Positions 31,918 to 41,752 of a stretch of DNA of 64,000 nucleotides are shown here, piece after piece; the stretch's first letter is position 1, and every line of letters begins with the position of its first letter. The notes under the pieces are model-generated. The model saw nothing but the letters and a program-made list of their open reading frames with translations, was not told the origin of the DNA and did not search any database. Both the position numbers and the translations under genes were made by a program. Source of the stretch: Myxococcales bacterium (GTDB taxonomy: Bacteria > Myxococcota_A > Polyangia > Polyangiales > DASUME01); assembly GCA_047601445.1 (NCBI GenBank), contig JASGJH010000001.1, forward strand, positions 2,240,001-2,304,000, given 5' to 3'.

Positions 31918-33117
31918 ATGTTCATCCCGTTCATCTACGAGCTGAGGTCGCGCAAGGTCCCGGTGGGCACCACCGAGGCGGTGATGCTCGCCAAGGCCCT
32001 CGACATGGGCCTGCACGAGAGCTCCCTGGACGGGTTCTATTACGTGGCGCGCGCGCTGTGCGTGCACAACGAGGCTCACCTCGACGCGTTCGACGACGCG
32101 TTCTTGCACCACTTCAAGGGCGTGGAGCGCGGCGCGCTGGAGATCAAGGCACAGATCTTCGAGTGGCTGAAGGACGCCAAGGAGAACTTCCCGGAGCTCA
32201 CCGAAGAGGAAAAGAAGCTGTTCGAGCAGTTCGATCTGGAGAAGCTCCAGGAGATGTTCGAGGAGCGCCTGCGGGAGCAAAAGGAACGCCACGACGGCGG
32301 CGACAAATGGGTCGGCACCGGCGGCAAGTCGCCCTTCGGCAACAGCGGCGCGGCCCGCAAAGGCATCCGCGTGGGCGGCGGACAGGGCAAGAATCGCTCG
32401 GCGATCCGGGTCGCTGGCGAGCGCGCGTACAGGGCCTACCGCAACGACGTCACGCTGGACACCCGCCAGGCCGGCGTGGCGCTGCGCAAGCTGCGAGCCT
32501 TCATCCGGGAGGGCGCCGATGAGGAGCTCGACCTCGAGGGCACCATCGATGCGACGGCCAAGAACGCCGGCGAGCTCGATGTGAAGGTGCGTCCGCCGCG
32601 TCGCCCGAACACGCGCGTCATCCTGATGATGGATGTGGGCGGCTCCATGGATCCTTACGCGGAACTCGTGTCACGGCTCTTCAGCGCCGCCAGCAAGGCC
32701 ACGCACTTCAAGGAGCTGCGCACGTACTACTTCCACAACGCGGTCTACGGACAGATCTACAAAGACGCGCGCTTCAGCGAGAAGGTGCGGGTCAACGACC
32801 TCATCCACGAGTGCGGACCGCACTACAAGCTGATCATGGTGGGGGACGCGATGATGGCGCCCTACGAGCTCTTGGCGTCCAACGGCTCGGCCTACCTGGG
32901 AGAAGACGACCAGCAGCCAGGCATGTTCTGGTTCATGACGCTCGCGCGTCACTTCGAGCGCTCGTGTTGGCTGAACCCGGAGCCCGTGAACTACTGGCAG
33001 GGCAACACCATCGAGGTGGTGCGTCAGGCGTTCGAGATGTTCCCGCTCACGGTGGACGGCCTAGGCGAGGCCGTGGCGCATTTGATCAAGGGCAAGAAAG
33101 GCCGGCGCGCGGCTTGA
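31918..33117 (+). CDS. VWA-domain (CoxE-like) partner of MoxR
   Basis: MIDAS-like [41 protein letters not shown]. Confidence 0.88.
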   Translation: MFIPFIYELRSRKVPVGTTEAVMLAKALDMGLHESSLDGFYYVARALCVHNEAHLDAFDDAFLHHFKGVERGALEIKAQIFEWLKDAKENFPELTEEEKKLFEQFDLEKLQEMFEERLREQKERHDGGDKWVGTGGKSPFGNSGAARKGIRVGGGQGKNRSAIRVAGERAYRAYRNDVTLDTRQAGVALRKLRAFIREGADEELDLEGTIDATAKNAGELDVKVRPPRRPNTRVILMMDVGGSMDPYAELVSRLFSAASKATHFKELRTYYFHNAVYGQIYKDARFSEKVRVNDLIHECGPHYKLIMVGDAMMAPYELLASNGSAYLGEDDQQPGMFWFMTLARHFERSCWLNPEPVNYWQGNTIEVVRQAFEMFPLTVDGLGEAVAHLIKGKKGRRAA

Positions 33118-33121
33118 TTAT

Positions 33122-33260
33122 CGGGGAGGGCACGCGCCCTCCCCGCCCGTCACGGCAAAGCCGCGACGGGGCCCACCCCGCCGCGAGGGTCGCTGCGCTC
33201 ACGGTGCTCTCCTCGTTCTCGACCGAGGGCACGCGCCCACCCCGCCGCGAGGGTCGCTCA
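33122..33260 (+). repeat. REP-like element copy A (33122-33201) plus a partial second copy (33225-33260)
   Basis: Perfect 10-bp stem CGGGGAGGGC-ACGC-GCCCTCCCCG; 67/80 ungapped identity to the reverse complement of 46401-46480. Confidence 0.8.
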
Positions 33261-34136
33261 CGAAGGCCCTTGATTGGCGGCTTTCGGCGGGAGAGCGCGG
33301 CCCCACTCCGCCGCGGTGCGCCGGAGGGCCTGCACGCGGGCGTGGTCGGCACGCAGGCGGGGGAGCAGGCGGAGATGGGTGCGGTCGAGGCGTGCGAAGA
33401 ATGCCGCGTCGAGGCGGATGCCTGCGTGCACGCGCTGGTAGAGCTCGTCGCAGGTAGTGAGCGCGTCCCGGTCGAGTTCCTCCGGGAACTCGGTGCTGGC
33501 CGGCGCGTACTGTGTGCGTAGCTCGCCGTGGATTTGCGCGATGGCGCGCGCCGGGTCACCGGCTCCCAGAAACGCGAGGGCCGCCTCAACGCACTCGCCA
33601 GGGCGCGCCAGCACACGCGCGTAGCTCACCAGGTGCAACGGATAGCGCCGCAGGGCGGCATCGCGCAGGAGCCCATAGTTGTCGTTCCACCAGGCCAGCA
33701 CGGGCGAGCGCATGCAGGGCTCGCGCGGCTCGCTGGGCGCCAGGCCGCGTGCACTGCGCAGGGCAGCGCGACTTTGGTTTTCGATGCGATAGAGCCGCTC
33801 CACCGAGTGCTTGTATTCCTGCCAGGGGCGGATCGTGGCGATCACTCTGTGCACGAACCGGAGCTCGGTGCGCAAAAGGCCCGGCACGAACACCTTCACG
33901 GCCACGCGCTGCGTCGCGAGCGGGCACAGGTACTCGCCGCTGTGGGGGTCAGGGTTAGTCGCGTAGTAGATCCCGCGCCGGAGGGGCGACTCGTAGAACC
34001 CCAGCCGATTGCCCGCGCGGATGGTGTCGGCCCAGTTGCGCGGAAACGCCTCACCCACGATCGCGTAGCCGGCGGCCTTGAGGATCTGCATCCACATCGA
34101 GGTGCCCGAACGCTTGGTCCCCGTGACGATGATCAT
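33258..34136 (-). CDS. sulfotransferase-like P-loop protein
   Basis: N-terminal IVTGTKRSGTSMWMQIL matches the 5'-PAPS-binding loop pattern; NRLGFYE. Confidence 0.65.
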   Translation of the reverse strand: MIIVTGTKRSGTSMWMQILKAAGYAIVGEAFPRNWADTIRAGNRLGFYESPLRRGIYYATNPDPHSGEYLCPLATQRVAVKVFVPGLLRTELRFVHRVIATIRPWQEYKHSVERLYRIENQSRAALRSARGLAPSEPREPCMRSPVLAWWNDNYGLLRDAALRRYPLHLVSYARVLARPGECVEAALAFLGAGDPARAIAQIHGELRTQYAPASTEFPEELDRDALTTCDELYQRVHAGIRLDAAFFARLDRTHLRLLPRLRADHARVQALRRTAAEWGRALPPKAANQGPS

Positions 34137-34248
34137 GGCCTCTCGAAGTGTACCCCACGCCCGCCGCGGCCAACCCTGCGAAGACCCGGATTTAAATGGG
34201 CATTCGTCCGACGCTCCGAATTGGAATGAGGGGTGCCTCTAGCGCCGC

Positions 34249-34986
34249 TTGGGTGCGCGCAGGAGCAGCTCGCAGGGCCTTGTCGCTTTCTTGGAGAGAG
34301 CCTGGCCCCCAATCGACACTGACTCGGTGGAAGCTCCGCGTCTGCTCAGCGAGCGCTCGCTTGAGGAACTACTCTGGACGACCTTGGCCGCCCGCGAAGA
34401 CGGTCTGGTGGTACTCCGCGATCGGGACGGTCTGCGCCACGGCGTGTGGGTACAGAGCGGGTTCGTGGTGGGGATCCACGTGGCCGGCAGGTTCGATCCA
34501 CTGCTGGACGTGCTGCGCCGTGAAGGGGCCCTGACGAGCCACGCCTACGCGAGCTGCGTGCAGGCCCTGTGGCGGCCGGATATGCGTTCCGGCTCGGTGG
34601 CCATGGAGGTCGCCGGGGTGGACCGCGCCGTGGTGCGTGCGGCCCTGCGTCGACAAATGCTCGAGCGGATGGCGGCCCTGCTCGAGATTGCCGCGCGAAA
34701 CGGCCACGACGGGAGCTTCGAGGCGGGGAACGTGCCGGAGGGCGAGGTGAGCCTCCGGATGCCGCTGGGTGCCCTGTTACGCGCGGTTCAGCGGCAAGAG
34801 GGTCCGGCACCGGCCGTGCGCTCCCCAAGCGCGGACCGCTCGGAGGCGCGGCGCCAGCTGCGGGCGTTGGCCAAGGAACTTCACCCTGATCGCCATGCGC
34901 ACCTCGACCCGGCGGCCCGACGCTCCCTGGAGCGGGCACTCGCCGAGGCCACCGCGGCCTACCATGGGCTCGCGCGAGGGGCCTGA
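34249..34986 (+). CDS. DUF4388-like protein with a C-terminal J-domain-like segment
   Basis: GLVVL..HGVWVQSGFV (DUF4388-like); RALAKELHPDRH...EATAAY (HPD motif); start uncertain. Confidence 0.55.
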   Translation: MGARRSSSQGLVAFLERAWPPIDTDSVEAPRLLSERSLEELLWTTLAAREDGLVVLRDRDGLRHGVWVQSGFVVGIHVAGRFDPLLDVLRREGALTSHAYASCVQALWRPDMRSGSVAMEVAGVDRAVVRAALRRQMLERMAALLEIAARNGHDGSFEAGNVPEGEVSLRMPLGALLRAVQRQEGPAPAVRSPSADRSEARRQLRALAKELHPDRHAHLDPAARRSLERALAEATAAYHGLARGA

Positions 34987-35096
34987 AGGGCTCGGGGTCG
35001 GGTCGCCCTGATGGGGGCAAGCTGGCGCGAGCGCAAGGGGTTTCGCCGGCCTGGCAGTTGTTGCGCTTTCCCCTGTGAGGTTGTAGAGCGCGGGCT

Positions 35097-36998
35097 GTGA
35101 AATGCTCCGTGAGATGCCTGGCAATGGGCCTGGGCTGCCTGTTGTCGCTCTCGCTGGCGAGCCACGCCTGGGCGCAGGAACCCGCTGGCGCTTCGCCGAG
35201 CACTGAGCCGGGCGAAGGTAGCGAGCCCGGCGCCGCGAGCGGCGGCGAGGGCGAAGGCAGCGAACCTGGTGCGGCCACCGAGCCGGCAGCGCAGCCTGCT
35301 GAGCCCGCTGCGGCGGAGCCTGCGAACGAACCAGGCGACCCCAGCGCAGCCGAACCGGCAACTCCGCCCGAGGAGAGCACGCGAAAGCCACCGCAGCGCA
35401 TCTCCGAGGGCGTCACGCTGGAGACCCCGGAGCGGACGCGCGTGCTCGTGCCGCCGTACATGCGGGACTATCGCGGCAACGTCCGCACGACGGCGCTCTT
35501 CCCGTTCTACTTCGAGCGGCGCACGCCCGAGTCTTTCGAGCGCTTGATCCTGCCTTACTACTATCGCCGTGGCCCCAAGCTCAACGCGGACGTCGCGCTC
35601 GGCTTGATCTGGTCCATGCGGGGCCCGGAGCGCAACACCTTCATCCTGCCGCCGTTCTACACGCACCGCGACCACAAGAACTGGGCCGTCGGGCTGTTCC
35701 CGCTGTTCAGCACTGGCGTGCTCAAGGGGCACCACCACACGATCATTCCGCCGCTCCTCACCTGGATCGACGGCGACGAGAAGAAGCAGCACACCATCAT
35801 CGGTCCGTACTTCGACTGGAAGAGCGAGCACGCGCGCTGGCACGGCGTGTTCCCGATCCTGTGGGACAAGAAGGACGAGGTCGACCGCTTCACGATCGTG
35901 CCACCCGTGTTCTTCCGCTTCGCCGACGACGACCCGCTGAAGGCCACCACGGTGGTGCCGCCCTTCTATTACACGGTGCGCGAGAACGAGCGCAAATGGG
36001 GCCTCCTCCCGCTGATCTTCCGCAAGGAGACGCCCGAGGCCAAGGGCACCACCATCCCGCTCGCCATCTTCCATCACGCCAAGGGCCCCGACCTGTTCCG
36101 CTTGGTCACGCCCGTGATGTCCTACGCACGCAGCAAGAAGAACGGCACGTTCTGGATCTCGCCGATCTACCAGCGGAAGCGCGGCGACAAGAACATGGAC
36201 GCGGTAGCGCCCATCTTCTTTCGGACCTGGGACAACCGGGACATGTCGCGTGGCCTGGTGGTTGCGCCCATCTTCTGGCACTTCCGCGATCCGGCCAACG
36301 ACAGCCTCGCCGTCTTTCCCTTCATGGGGCGCTGGTATCACCAGGGCATTAGCAGCACCTGGGTGACGCCGCTGGTCGGCCGCTACAAGAGCTTCGAGCA
36401 GGACGCGCAGACCTGGTGGGTGTTCCCGACCTTCCAGTACGGGTTCACGCCCGACAGCTGGTTCTTCAACATCCACCCGCTGCTCTACCGCAAGGAGTCG
36501 GCGAAGAAGTCCTACTTCGCGCTCGCGCCGGTCTACTACAACTTCCGCAATCACGAGGCCAAGACGCATCGGCTCTCGGTGTTCCCGCTGTACTGGGACT
36601 TCAAGAACTTCCCCAAGAAGAAGCGCGGCCGCGTGCTCTTCCCGCTCTACTGGGAGTTCGAGAATGGGCAGAAGACCACGCGTCGCACCGTCGGCTTCCC
36701 GTTCTACTGGCGCTTCAAGAACGAAGCGGCCGAGGCCGATACCAAGGTCGTGTTCCCCTTCTACACGCACTGGGTGCGCAGCGAGTACGACCGCACGCTG
36801 GTGCTGAACTCGTACTACGAGAAGAAGCGTGAACCCGAGGGCGTGCGCTGGCAGTACCACTTCTTCCCGTTCTTTTCGCGGGGCGGCATCAACGACGACC
36901 GCTGGTGGAACGTCTTCTATGGCCTGGCCGGCTACGATCGCCGGGGCGAGCACCGGCGCGGCCACGCGTTCTGGATCCCGTTCAAGCTGAAGAACTAG
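35097..36998 (+). CDS. secreted aromatic/Pro-rich repeat protein of unknown function
   Basis: Signal peptide (AWA-Q), P/A/E linker, then many ~15-17-aa units centred on hydrophobic-F/P-P-aromatic (FPFYF, PPFY, FPLYW, APIFW). Confidence 0.8.
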   Translation: MKCSVRCLAMGLGCLLSLSLASHAWAQEPAGASPSTEPGEGSEPGAASGGEGEGSEPGAATEPAAQPAEPAAAEPANEPGDPSAAEPATPPEESTRKPPQRISEGVTLETPERTRVLVPPYMRDYRGNVRTTALFPFYFERRTPESFERLILPYYYRRGPKLNADVALGLIWSMRGPERNTFILPPFYTHRDHKNWAVGLFPLFSTGVLKGHHHTIIPPLLTWIDGDEKKQHTIIGPYFDWKSEHARWHGVFPILWDKKDEVDRFTIVPPVFFRFADDDPLKATTVVPPFYYTVRENERKWGLLPLIFRKETPEAKGTTIPLAIFHHAKGPDLFRLVTPVMSYARSKKNGTFWISPIYQRKRGDKNMDAVAPIFFRTWDNRDMSRGLVVAPIFWHFRDPANDSLAVFPFMGRWYHQGISSTWVTPLVGRYKSFEQDAQTWWVFPTFQYGFTPDSWFFNIHPLLYRKESAKKSYFALAPVYYNFRNHEAKTHRLSVFPLYWDFKNFPKKKRGRVLFPLYWEFENGQKTTRRTVGFPFYWRFKNEAAEADTKVVFPFYTHWVRSEYDRTLVLNSYYEKKREPEGVRWQYHFFPFFSRGGINDDRWWNVFYGLAGYDRRGEHRRGHAFWIPFKLKN

Positions 36999-37058
36999 GG
37001 CGCACCGACGACGCGGCGGCGCGCACGGGTGGGTTTTCTCGAAACCGCCCGATCGACC

Positions 37059-37598
37059 CTAGTTGTACTTGCCCGCAGCGAACTCGATGTACGTGAAGAA
37101 GTAGCCGTTGGGGGCCTTCTCCGTGCGCAGTTTGGGCGTGACCGGGGCGCGCATCTCGAGGAGCACAGTGACCCCGGTGCCCACCTGGTGCTTGCGCCTT
37201 CGCTTGCCCGCGCTGTGCAAGGGCTGCATGCGCGCGCTCGTGACGGGCGTGTTGAAGAAGTGGGTGTCGAGCGGGAGCCGCGCGTTGCCCTTGGGCAAAC
37301 TCACGCCCGGGATCACGACGAGCCAGTTCTGTCCGTCTTTCTTGAGCTCGGGCTGCACCGCGACGTTGGTCTGCACGAAGACCCGCGTGCCACCGTCCTC
37401 CAGCACTTGAAAGCCCGGCCAGGTGACCTGAGCACCGGCTGTCGCTGGCGACGACGCCACGCTGCCGGGCACCGCGTTCGACCCTGGCACGACCCCACCG
37501 TAGCCCTGGGCGAGGGCTGCCCCCGACCATGCGGAAGCTCCGACCCCGGAGCCCGAGAGCGTGAGCGCCACCACCAGCAGGGTCTGCTTCGTGTTCAC
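37059..37598 (-). CDS. small periplasmic protein, AMIN-like
   Basis: Signal peptide; TWPGFQ..TRVFVQ..LPLDTHFFNTPV. Confidence 0.6.
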   Translation of the reverse strand: MNTKQTLLVVALTLSGSGVGASAWSGAALAQGYGGVVPGSNAVPGSVASSPATAGAQVTWPGFQVLEDGGTRVFVQTNVAVQPELKKDGQNWLVVIPGVSLPKGNARLPLDTHFFNTPVTSARMQPLHSAGKRRRKHQVGTGVTVLLEMRAPVTPKLRTEKAPNGYFFTYIEFAAGKYN

Positions 37599-37738
37599 CC
37601 GCTCATCCTAGGGCATGTCTGGGGCCGGAATCAAAATCCCCCGAGCGAAGGCAGCCCCGCCAGGTCGGACGCCATGGCTCCACAGCCTGCTTTCAGACTC
37701 CTGGGCCCCGGCTGGAGCACGAGGTATTCTGGGGCCAC

Positions 37739-39226
37739 ATGTCGCCGCTCGGCACCCTGACAGTGGCTTGGACCGCGGTCTACGCGTACCTGTGCGCCTA
37801 CTATTGCGTGCTCTACCTGCGCAGGCGGGCGGACCGTGAGTACCTGGCGTTCGGGCTGCTCTCGGGCGGAATGGCCGTGTACGCCCTGGGCGCCGCCCTC
37901 TTGATCGATGCGGACTCGGTGGCACGTGCTGCCCACGCTCAGGAGCTGCAGATCTTCGGCTTGATGAGTGCGACCGCGTTCTACGTGGACTTCGCGCACC
38001 ACATGACGGCCCGCTCCAGCGCGCGCGCGGTGCGTGCGGCCTATGGGCTGGCGCTGGTGGGTGTACTCGCCAACGTGGCCGGGCTGATGATCGATCCCAC
38101 CGTCCCACCCGACGTGGACACCGTGTTCTTGACGCCTTTCACGGTGCCGGAACCGCACCTGACGCTGATCGGCACGGCGCTCTTGTTCGCCACGCTCTGC
38201 ATGGTGGGCTACGGCACGGTGCTACTCGTGCTGCAGGCGCGCACGGACGCCGACGTGCGCGTGGTGCTCGCGGGCGCGGTGCTGTTGCTGCTAGCGGGCC
38301 TGAACGACCTGGCGATTCGGCTCTCGCCGGTGTCTTCGTACTACCTGCTGGAACATTGCTATGCGCTGTTTGCGCTGGCGGTGAGCTACGTCCTGCTCGA
38401 GCGCTTCGTGCGCACTGCGAACGCGCTCACCAGCCGTACGCTCGAACTGCGACGTAGCTACAACGAGCTGCGCGACGCGCAGGAGCAGCTGGTGCGCAAG
38501 GAGCAGCTGGCCACCATGGGCGAGCTCTCCGCGGTGATCGCCCACGAGGTGCGCAACCCGCTGGCCATCATCAAGAACGCGGTCAGCGGCCTGCATCGAC
38601 CTACCCTGCGCGATGCCGATCGCCAGGTGCTCTTGCGCATCCTCGACGAGGAAGCCGACCGCTTGAACCGCCTTGTGGGCGACCTGTTGGCCTACGCGCG
38701 CCCGGTCACGCCAGAGCGCCAGCCACTGCACATCGAGGAGCTCGTGCGTGGAGCGGTGGAGCTGGCGCGGGCCGCCCAGCAGCGCGACGACCAGGTGACC
38801 TTCGACGTGGTGCTGACCGATTCCCATACCATCATGGGCGACCCCGATCTGCTGCGGCAGGCCATCGTGAACGTGGCGGAGAACGCCATCCAGGCCATGC
38901 CCGACGGCGGCATTCTCACGGTGCGCACCTACGGCACCACGCTGGAAGACGCGCCCGCCGTGGCCATCGCCATCCGCGACACCGGTGAGGGCATGGACAC
39001 CCTGGTGCGCAGCAAGGCCACCGACCCGTTTTTCACCACGCGGCCGACCGGCACCGGTCTGGGCCTCGCCATCGTGCACCGACTCGTGCACTCCCATGGT
39101 GGCAAGATCCAGATCGAGAGCAGCTACGGCACGGGCACCACGGTGAGCATCATCCTGCCTCAGCAGGGCGCGGCCAAAAACAGCCTCTCGCCCCAGCTCA
39201 AGAAGCCGAAGAAGACCACCAACTGA
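37739..39226 (+). CDS. multi-TM sensor histidine kinase (NtrB-like HisKA/HATPase)
   Basis: ~7 N-terminal TM helices; IAHEVRNPL, NAIQAM, DTGEG, PFFTT, GTGLGL. Confidence 0.92.
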   Translation: MSPLGTLTVAWTAVYAYLCAYYCVLYLRRRADREYLAFGLLSGGMAVYALGAALLIDADSVARAAHAQELQIFGLMSATAFYVDFAHHMTARSSARAVRAAYGLALVGVLANVAGLMIDPTVPPDVDTVFLTPFTVPEPHLTLIGTALLFATLCMVGYGTVLLVLQARTDADVRVVLAGAVLLLLAGLNDLAIRLSPVSSYYLLEHCYALFALAVSYVLLERFVRTANALTSRTLELRRSYNELRDAQEQLVRKEQLATMGELSAVIAHEVRNPLAIIKNAVSGLHRPTLRDADRQVLLRILDEEADRLNRLVGDLLAYARPVTPERQPLHIEELVRGAVELARAAQQRDDQVTFDVVLTDSHTIMGDPDLLRQAIVNVAENAIQAMPDGGILTVRTYGTTLEDAPAVAIAIRDTGEGMDTLVRSKATDPFFTTRPTGTGLGLAIVHRLVHSHGGKIQIESSYGTGTTVSIILPQQGAAKNSLSPQLKKPKKTTN

Positions 39227-39240
39227 GTCCGAGCGCGGCC

Positions 39241-39272
39241 GCGACGGGCGGGGGGGTCGCGTGACCTCCCCG
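39241..39272 (-). repeat. REP-like element copy B (partial)
   Basis: Minus strand CGGGGAGGTCACGCGACCCCCCCGCCCGTCGC; lies between convergent genes. Confidence 0.7.
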
Positions 39273-39283
39273 TGAAACAACGC

Positions 39284-41623
39284 TCAGTGGGTGTCGCCGG
39301 CCGTCGGGCCGTCGCCCGCGTAGCCGATGGCCTTAAGCTGCTCGCGCAGGGTGTCGTCGATGTTGGCGTTCTCGCGCTCGAGCTTCACGCCCTGGCCCTG
39401 CTCACCGCGCAGCCAGCTGCGACGGTCGCGCGAGCCCAGGAACTGACCGAGCATCAGGGTCGCGTAGCGCGCCGCCACCGGGTAGCGCGAGCGGTCGAGC
39501 TCCTTCTGCTCCTCCGGATCCTTCTCGAGATCGAAGAACGTCTCGTTGGTGCCGCGCAGGATGAGCTTCCAGCGCCCCGCCCGGATGACACGGCGATCGT
39601 CGAGGAAGTCGCTGAAGGCCACGGGAGCCGCTGGCGGCGGTCCGCCGCGGACCCAGCTGAGCACGCTCTGCCCTTCGAGCGTGCTGGGCGCTGGCGCACC
39701 CACCGCTTCCATAATGGTGGGGAAGATGGACATGCTGCTGACGGCCTGCTTGATGCGCTGGTTGGCAGGCACCACGCCGGGGAAGCGCACCACGTAGGGG
39801 ATCCAGAGGAGCTCCTGATAGACGCTGTGGCCGTGGCCCCAGGAGCCGTGCTCGTCGAACTCTTCGCCGTGGTCGGCGCTGATCACGAAGATGGTGTCGT
39901 CGTAGAGACCGAGCTTCTTGAGGCGCTCGACGAACAGGCCGAGATAGTGATCGTGGTAGCTGACCTCGCCGTCGTAGAGGTCCTTGAGGTACTGCTTGTC
40001 GGCAGCGTTGAAGGTGACCTTGGGCGGCACCTTCTTGGCCTCGGCGAGCTGATCCGGCGTCTTGCGCGGGGAGACTTGTCCCGTGTACTCGGCGCCCTTG
40101 GTGTACATCGTGAGGAACTCGGCGGGCGGATCGTAGGGCACGTGCGGATCGATGGTGTGCACGTAGGCGAAGAAGCGCTCGTCCTTGTGCTGCTCGACCC
40201 AATCACCCGCCTCTTTGAACACGTTCTCGGCGTCGGTGCTCTTCTTCTCGCGGATGTAGTTCGTGTAGTAGTCCCAGCCCTGATTGAAGCCGAACTTGTC
40301 CGACACGTAGCCGTTGGCGATGAAGCTGCCGGTCTTGAAGCCCGCTTCCTTGAGCGACTCGCTGAGCAACGTGGCGCCCTTCGGCACCATGGCGCCGTCG
40401 GTCTTGGCGCCGTGGGTGGCGGGATATAGCGACGTCAGCAGCGAGGCCGTGGACGGCTTGGTCCAGTTCTCCGGCGCCTGGCAGGCCTCGAACACGGTGC
40501 CTTCCTGGGCGATCTTGTCGATGACCGGGGTCTTGACGCGCGTGCTCGGGTTGAACGGCTTCAGGCTGCGCGCGCGCATGGTGTCGATGAGCACGACGAC
40601 CACGTTCTTGGCATTCTTGGGGGCCTTCGCGAGCGCCTTCTGGGGCAGCAGCAGGGCGGGCGTGCTCCAGGCAACGCGGCCTGCGCCGACGTCCCCGGTG
40701 GCGCGCAGCTCGATGCGGACCACCTTGCCCGCGTAGGCATCGAGGGAGACCACCTGGTCCTTCCAGGACGTGGCCAGCTCGGTGTTGAAGAGCTCCTTGG
40801 CTTCACCGCCCTCGGGCGTGACCACGACGCTGGCCTTGCCGCTCTTGGGCTTGTCGCCAGTAACGCCGACTCCGAAGCCGAGCGCGCCGTTGGCGGGGAC
40901 GTCGACGTAGAAGCTCAACGTGGTAGGCGAGGGCACCGCGAGGGCGCGACGCTGGACGCCGCCGACTGCGGTCTCGGTGCGCAGCTCGGCGTAGTGCGGG
41001 GCTGCGAAGTCCTTCACCGTAGCGAGCTCGGCGGTGGGGATGAGGCGAATCGACGCCACCGCGGCCGCGACCTGCTCGCCGTTGAGCAACGTGCTGCCAC
41101 CGAAGCGGAACATCAGTCGATTCTCGCCGGCCTGCACGCGCTCCGCGGGGATCGACACGTCGTAGTCCTTGAATTCGGTGCCCGACAAGCGAGTGGCCGG
41201 CAAGGCCTCGCCGTTGAGGTAGGCGGTGACGACGGCGGTCCCAACTGGCTTCAACCGCATGCGCAGGGTGAGTGGCTCGCTCCTGTCGGCGCGGAAGTAC
41301 ACTCGACTGGCTTCGGCGGTGGCGTGGGTGAAGCGATCGGCGCTAGCCGCACCGTCCTTGCCCCAGCCTGAACGCCAATCACCGTAGGTGTACTTCTGGC
41401 GCGCTGGCGTGCCGAACTCGATGTAGAGCCCGTGGTGGTTGATCTCGGCGAGATGCGCGTGCTCCCAGAGATCCAGGTGCGTGGTGTAGTCGCGAAAAGC
41501 CTTGGGCTGATCGGCCGGGCGATCGCCTTGGGCGTTGGCTTCAGCGCCAGCTTCAGATTTCTTTCCGCATGCGACCAGGCAGCAAAAAGCGCTGATGAGC
41601 AGAAGCAAGACTACACGCTTCAT
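39284..41623 (-). CDS. sulfatase-family lipoprotein
   Basis: Lipobox LVAC; VVVLIDTMRA, WTKPSTASLLTS, DPHVPY, YDGEV, SADHGEEF, EQLKAIGY. Confidence 0.85.
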   Translation of the reverse strand: MKRVVLLLLISAFCCLVACGKKSEAGAEANAQGDRPADQPKAFRDYTTHLDLWEHAHLAEINHHGLYIEFGTPARQKYTYGDWRSGWGKDGAASADRFTHATAEASRVYFRADRSEPLTLRMRLKPVGTAVVTAYLNGEALPATRLSGTEFKDYDVSIPAERVQAGENRLMFRFGGSTLLNGEQVAAAVASIRLIPTAELATVKDFAAPHYAELRTETAVGGVQRRALAVPSPTTLSFYVDVPANGALGFGVGVTGDKPKSGKASVVVTPEGGEAKELFNTELATSWKDQVVSLDAYAGKVVRIELRATGDVGAGRVAWSTPALLLPQKALAKAPKNAKNVVVVLIDTMRARSLKPFNPSTRVKTPVIDKIAQEGTVFEACQAPENWTKPSTASLLTSLYPATHGAKTDGAMVPKGATLLSESLKEAGFKTGSFIANGYVSDKFGFNQGWDYYTNYIREKKSTDAENVFKEAGDWVEQHKDERFFAYVHTIDPHVPYDPPAEFLTMYTKGAEYTGQVSPRKTPDQLAEAKKVPPKVTFNAADKQYLKDLYDGEVSYHDHYLGLFVERLKKLGLYDDTIFVISADHGEEFDEHGSWGHGHSVYQELLWIPYVVRFPGVVPANQRIKQAVSSMSIFPTIMEAVGAPAPSTLEGQSVLSWVRGGPPPAAPVAFSDFLDDRRVIRAGRWKLILRGTNETFFDLEKDPEEQKELDRSRYPVAARYATLMLGQFLGSRDRRSWLRGEQGQGVKLERENANIDDTLREQLKAIGYAGDGPTAGDTH

Positions 41624-41752
41624 CGTCCCCCTCCGTGACGGCTGGCGCGCGGCCTTGCGCGCATCTACGGGCAGGCGCGGCAGTAGCATGCTGCTCCATA
41701 CAACACAACGAATCCCGCAGGAAACAGCCTGATTTCAGGGACTCGCGTCGAA

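Noticed and set aside
36999..37058. Hairpin between convergent genes (CGGGTGGGTTTTCTCGAAACCGCCCG)
   Set aside because: Probably an ordinary terminator-like stem; imperfect, lacks a U-tract and is unrelated to the REP-like family.
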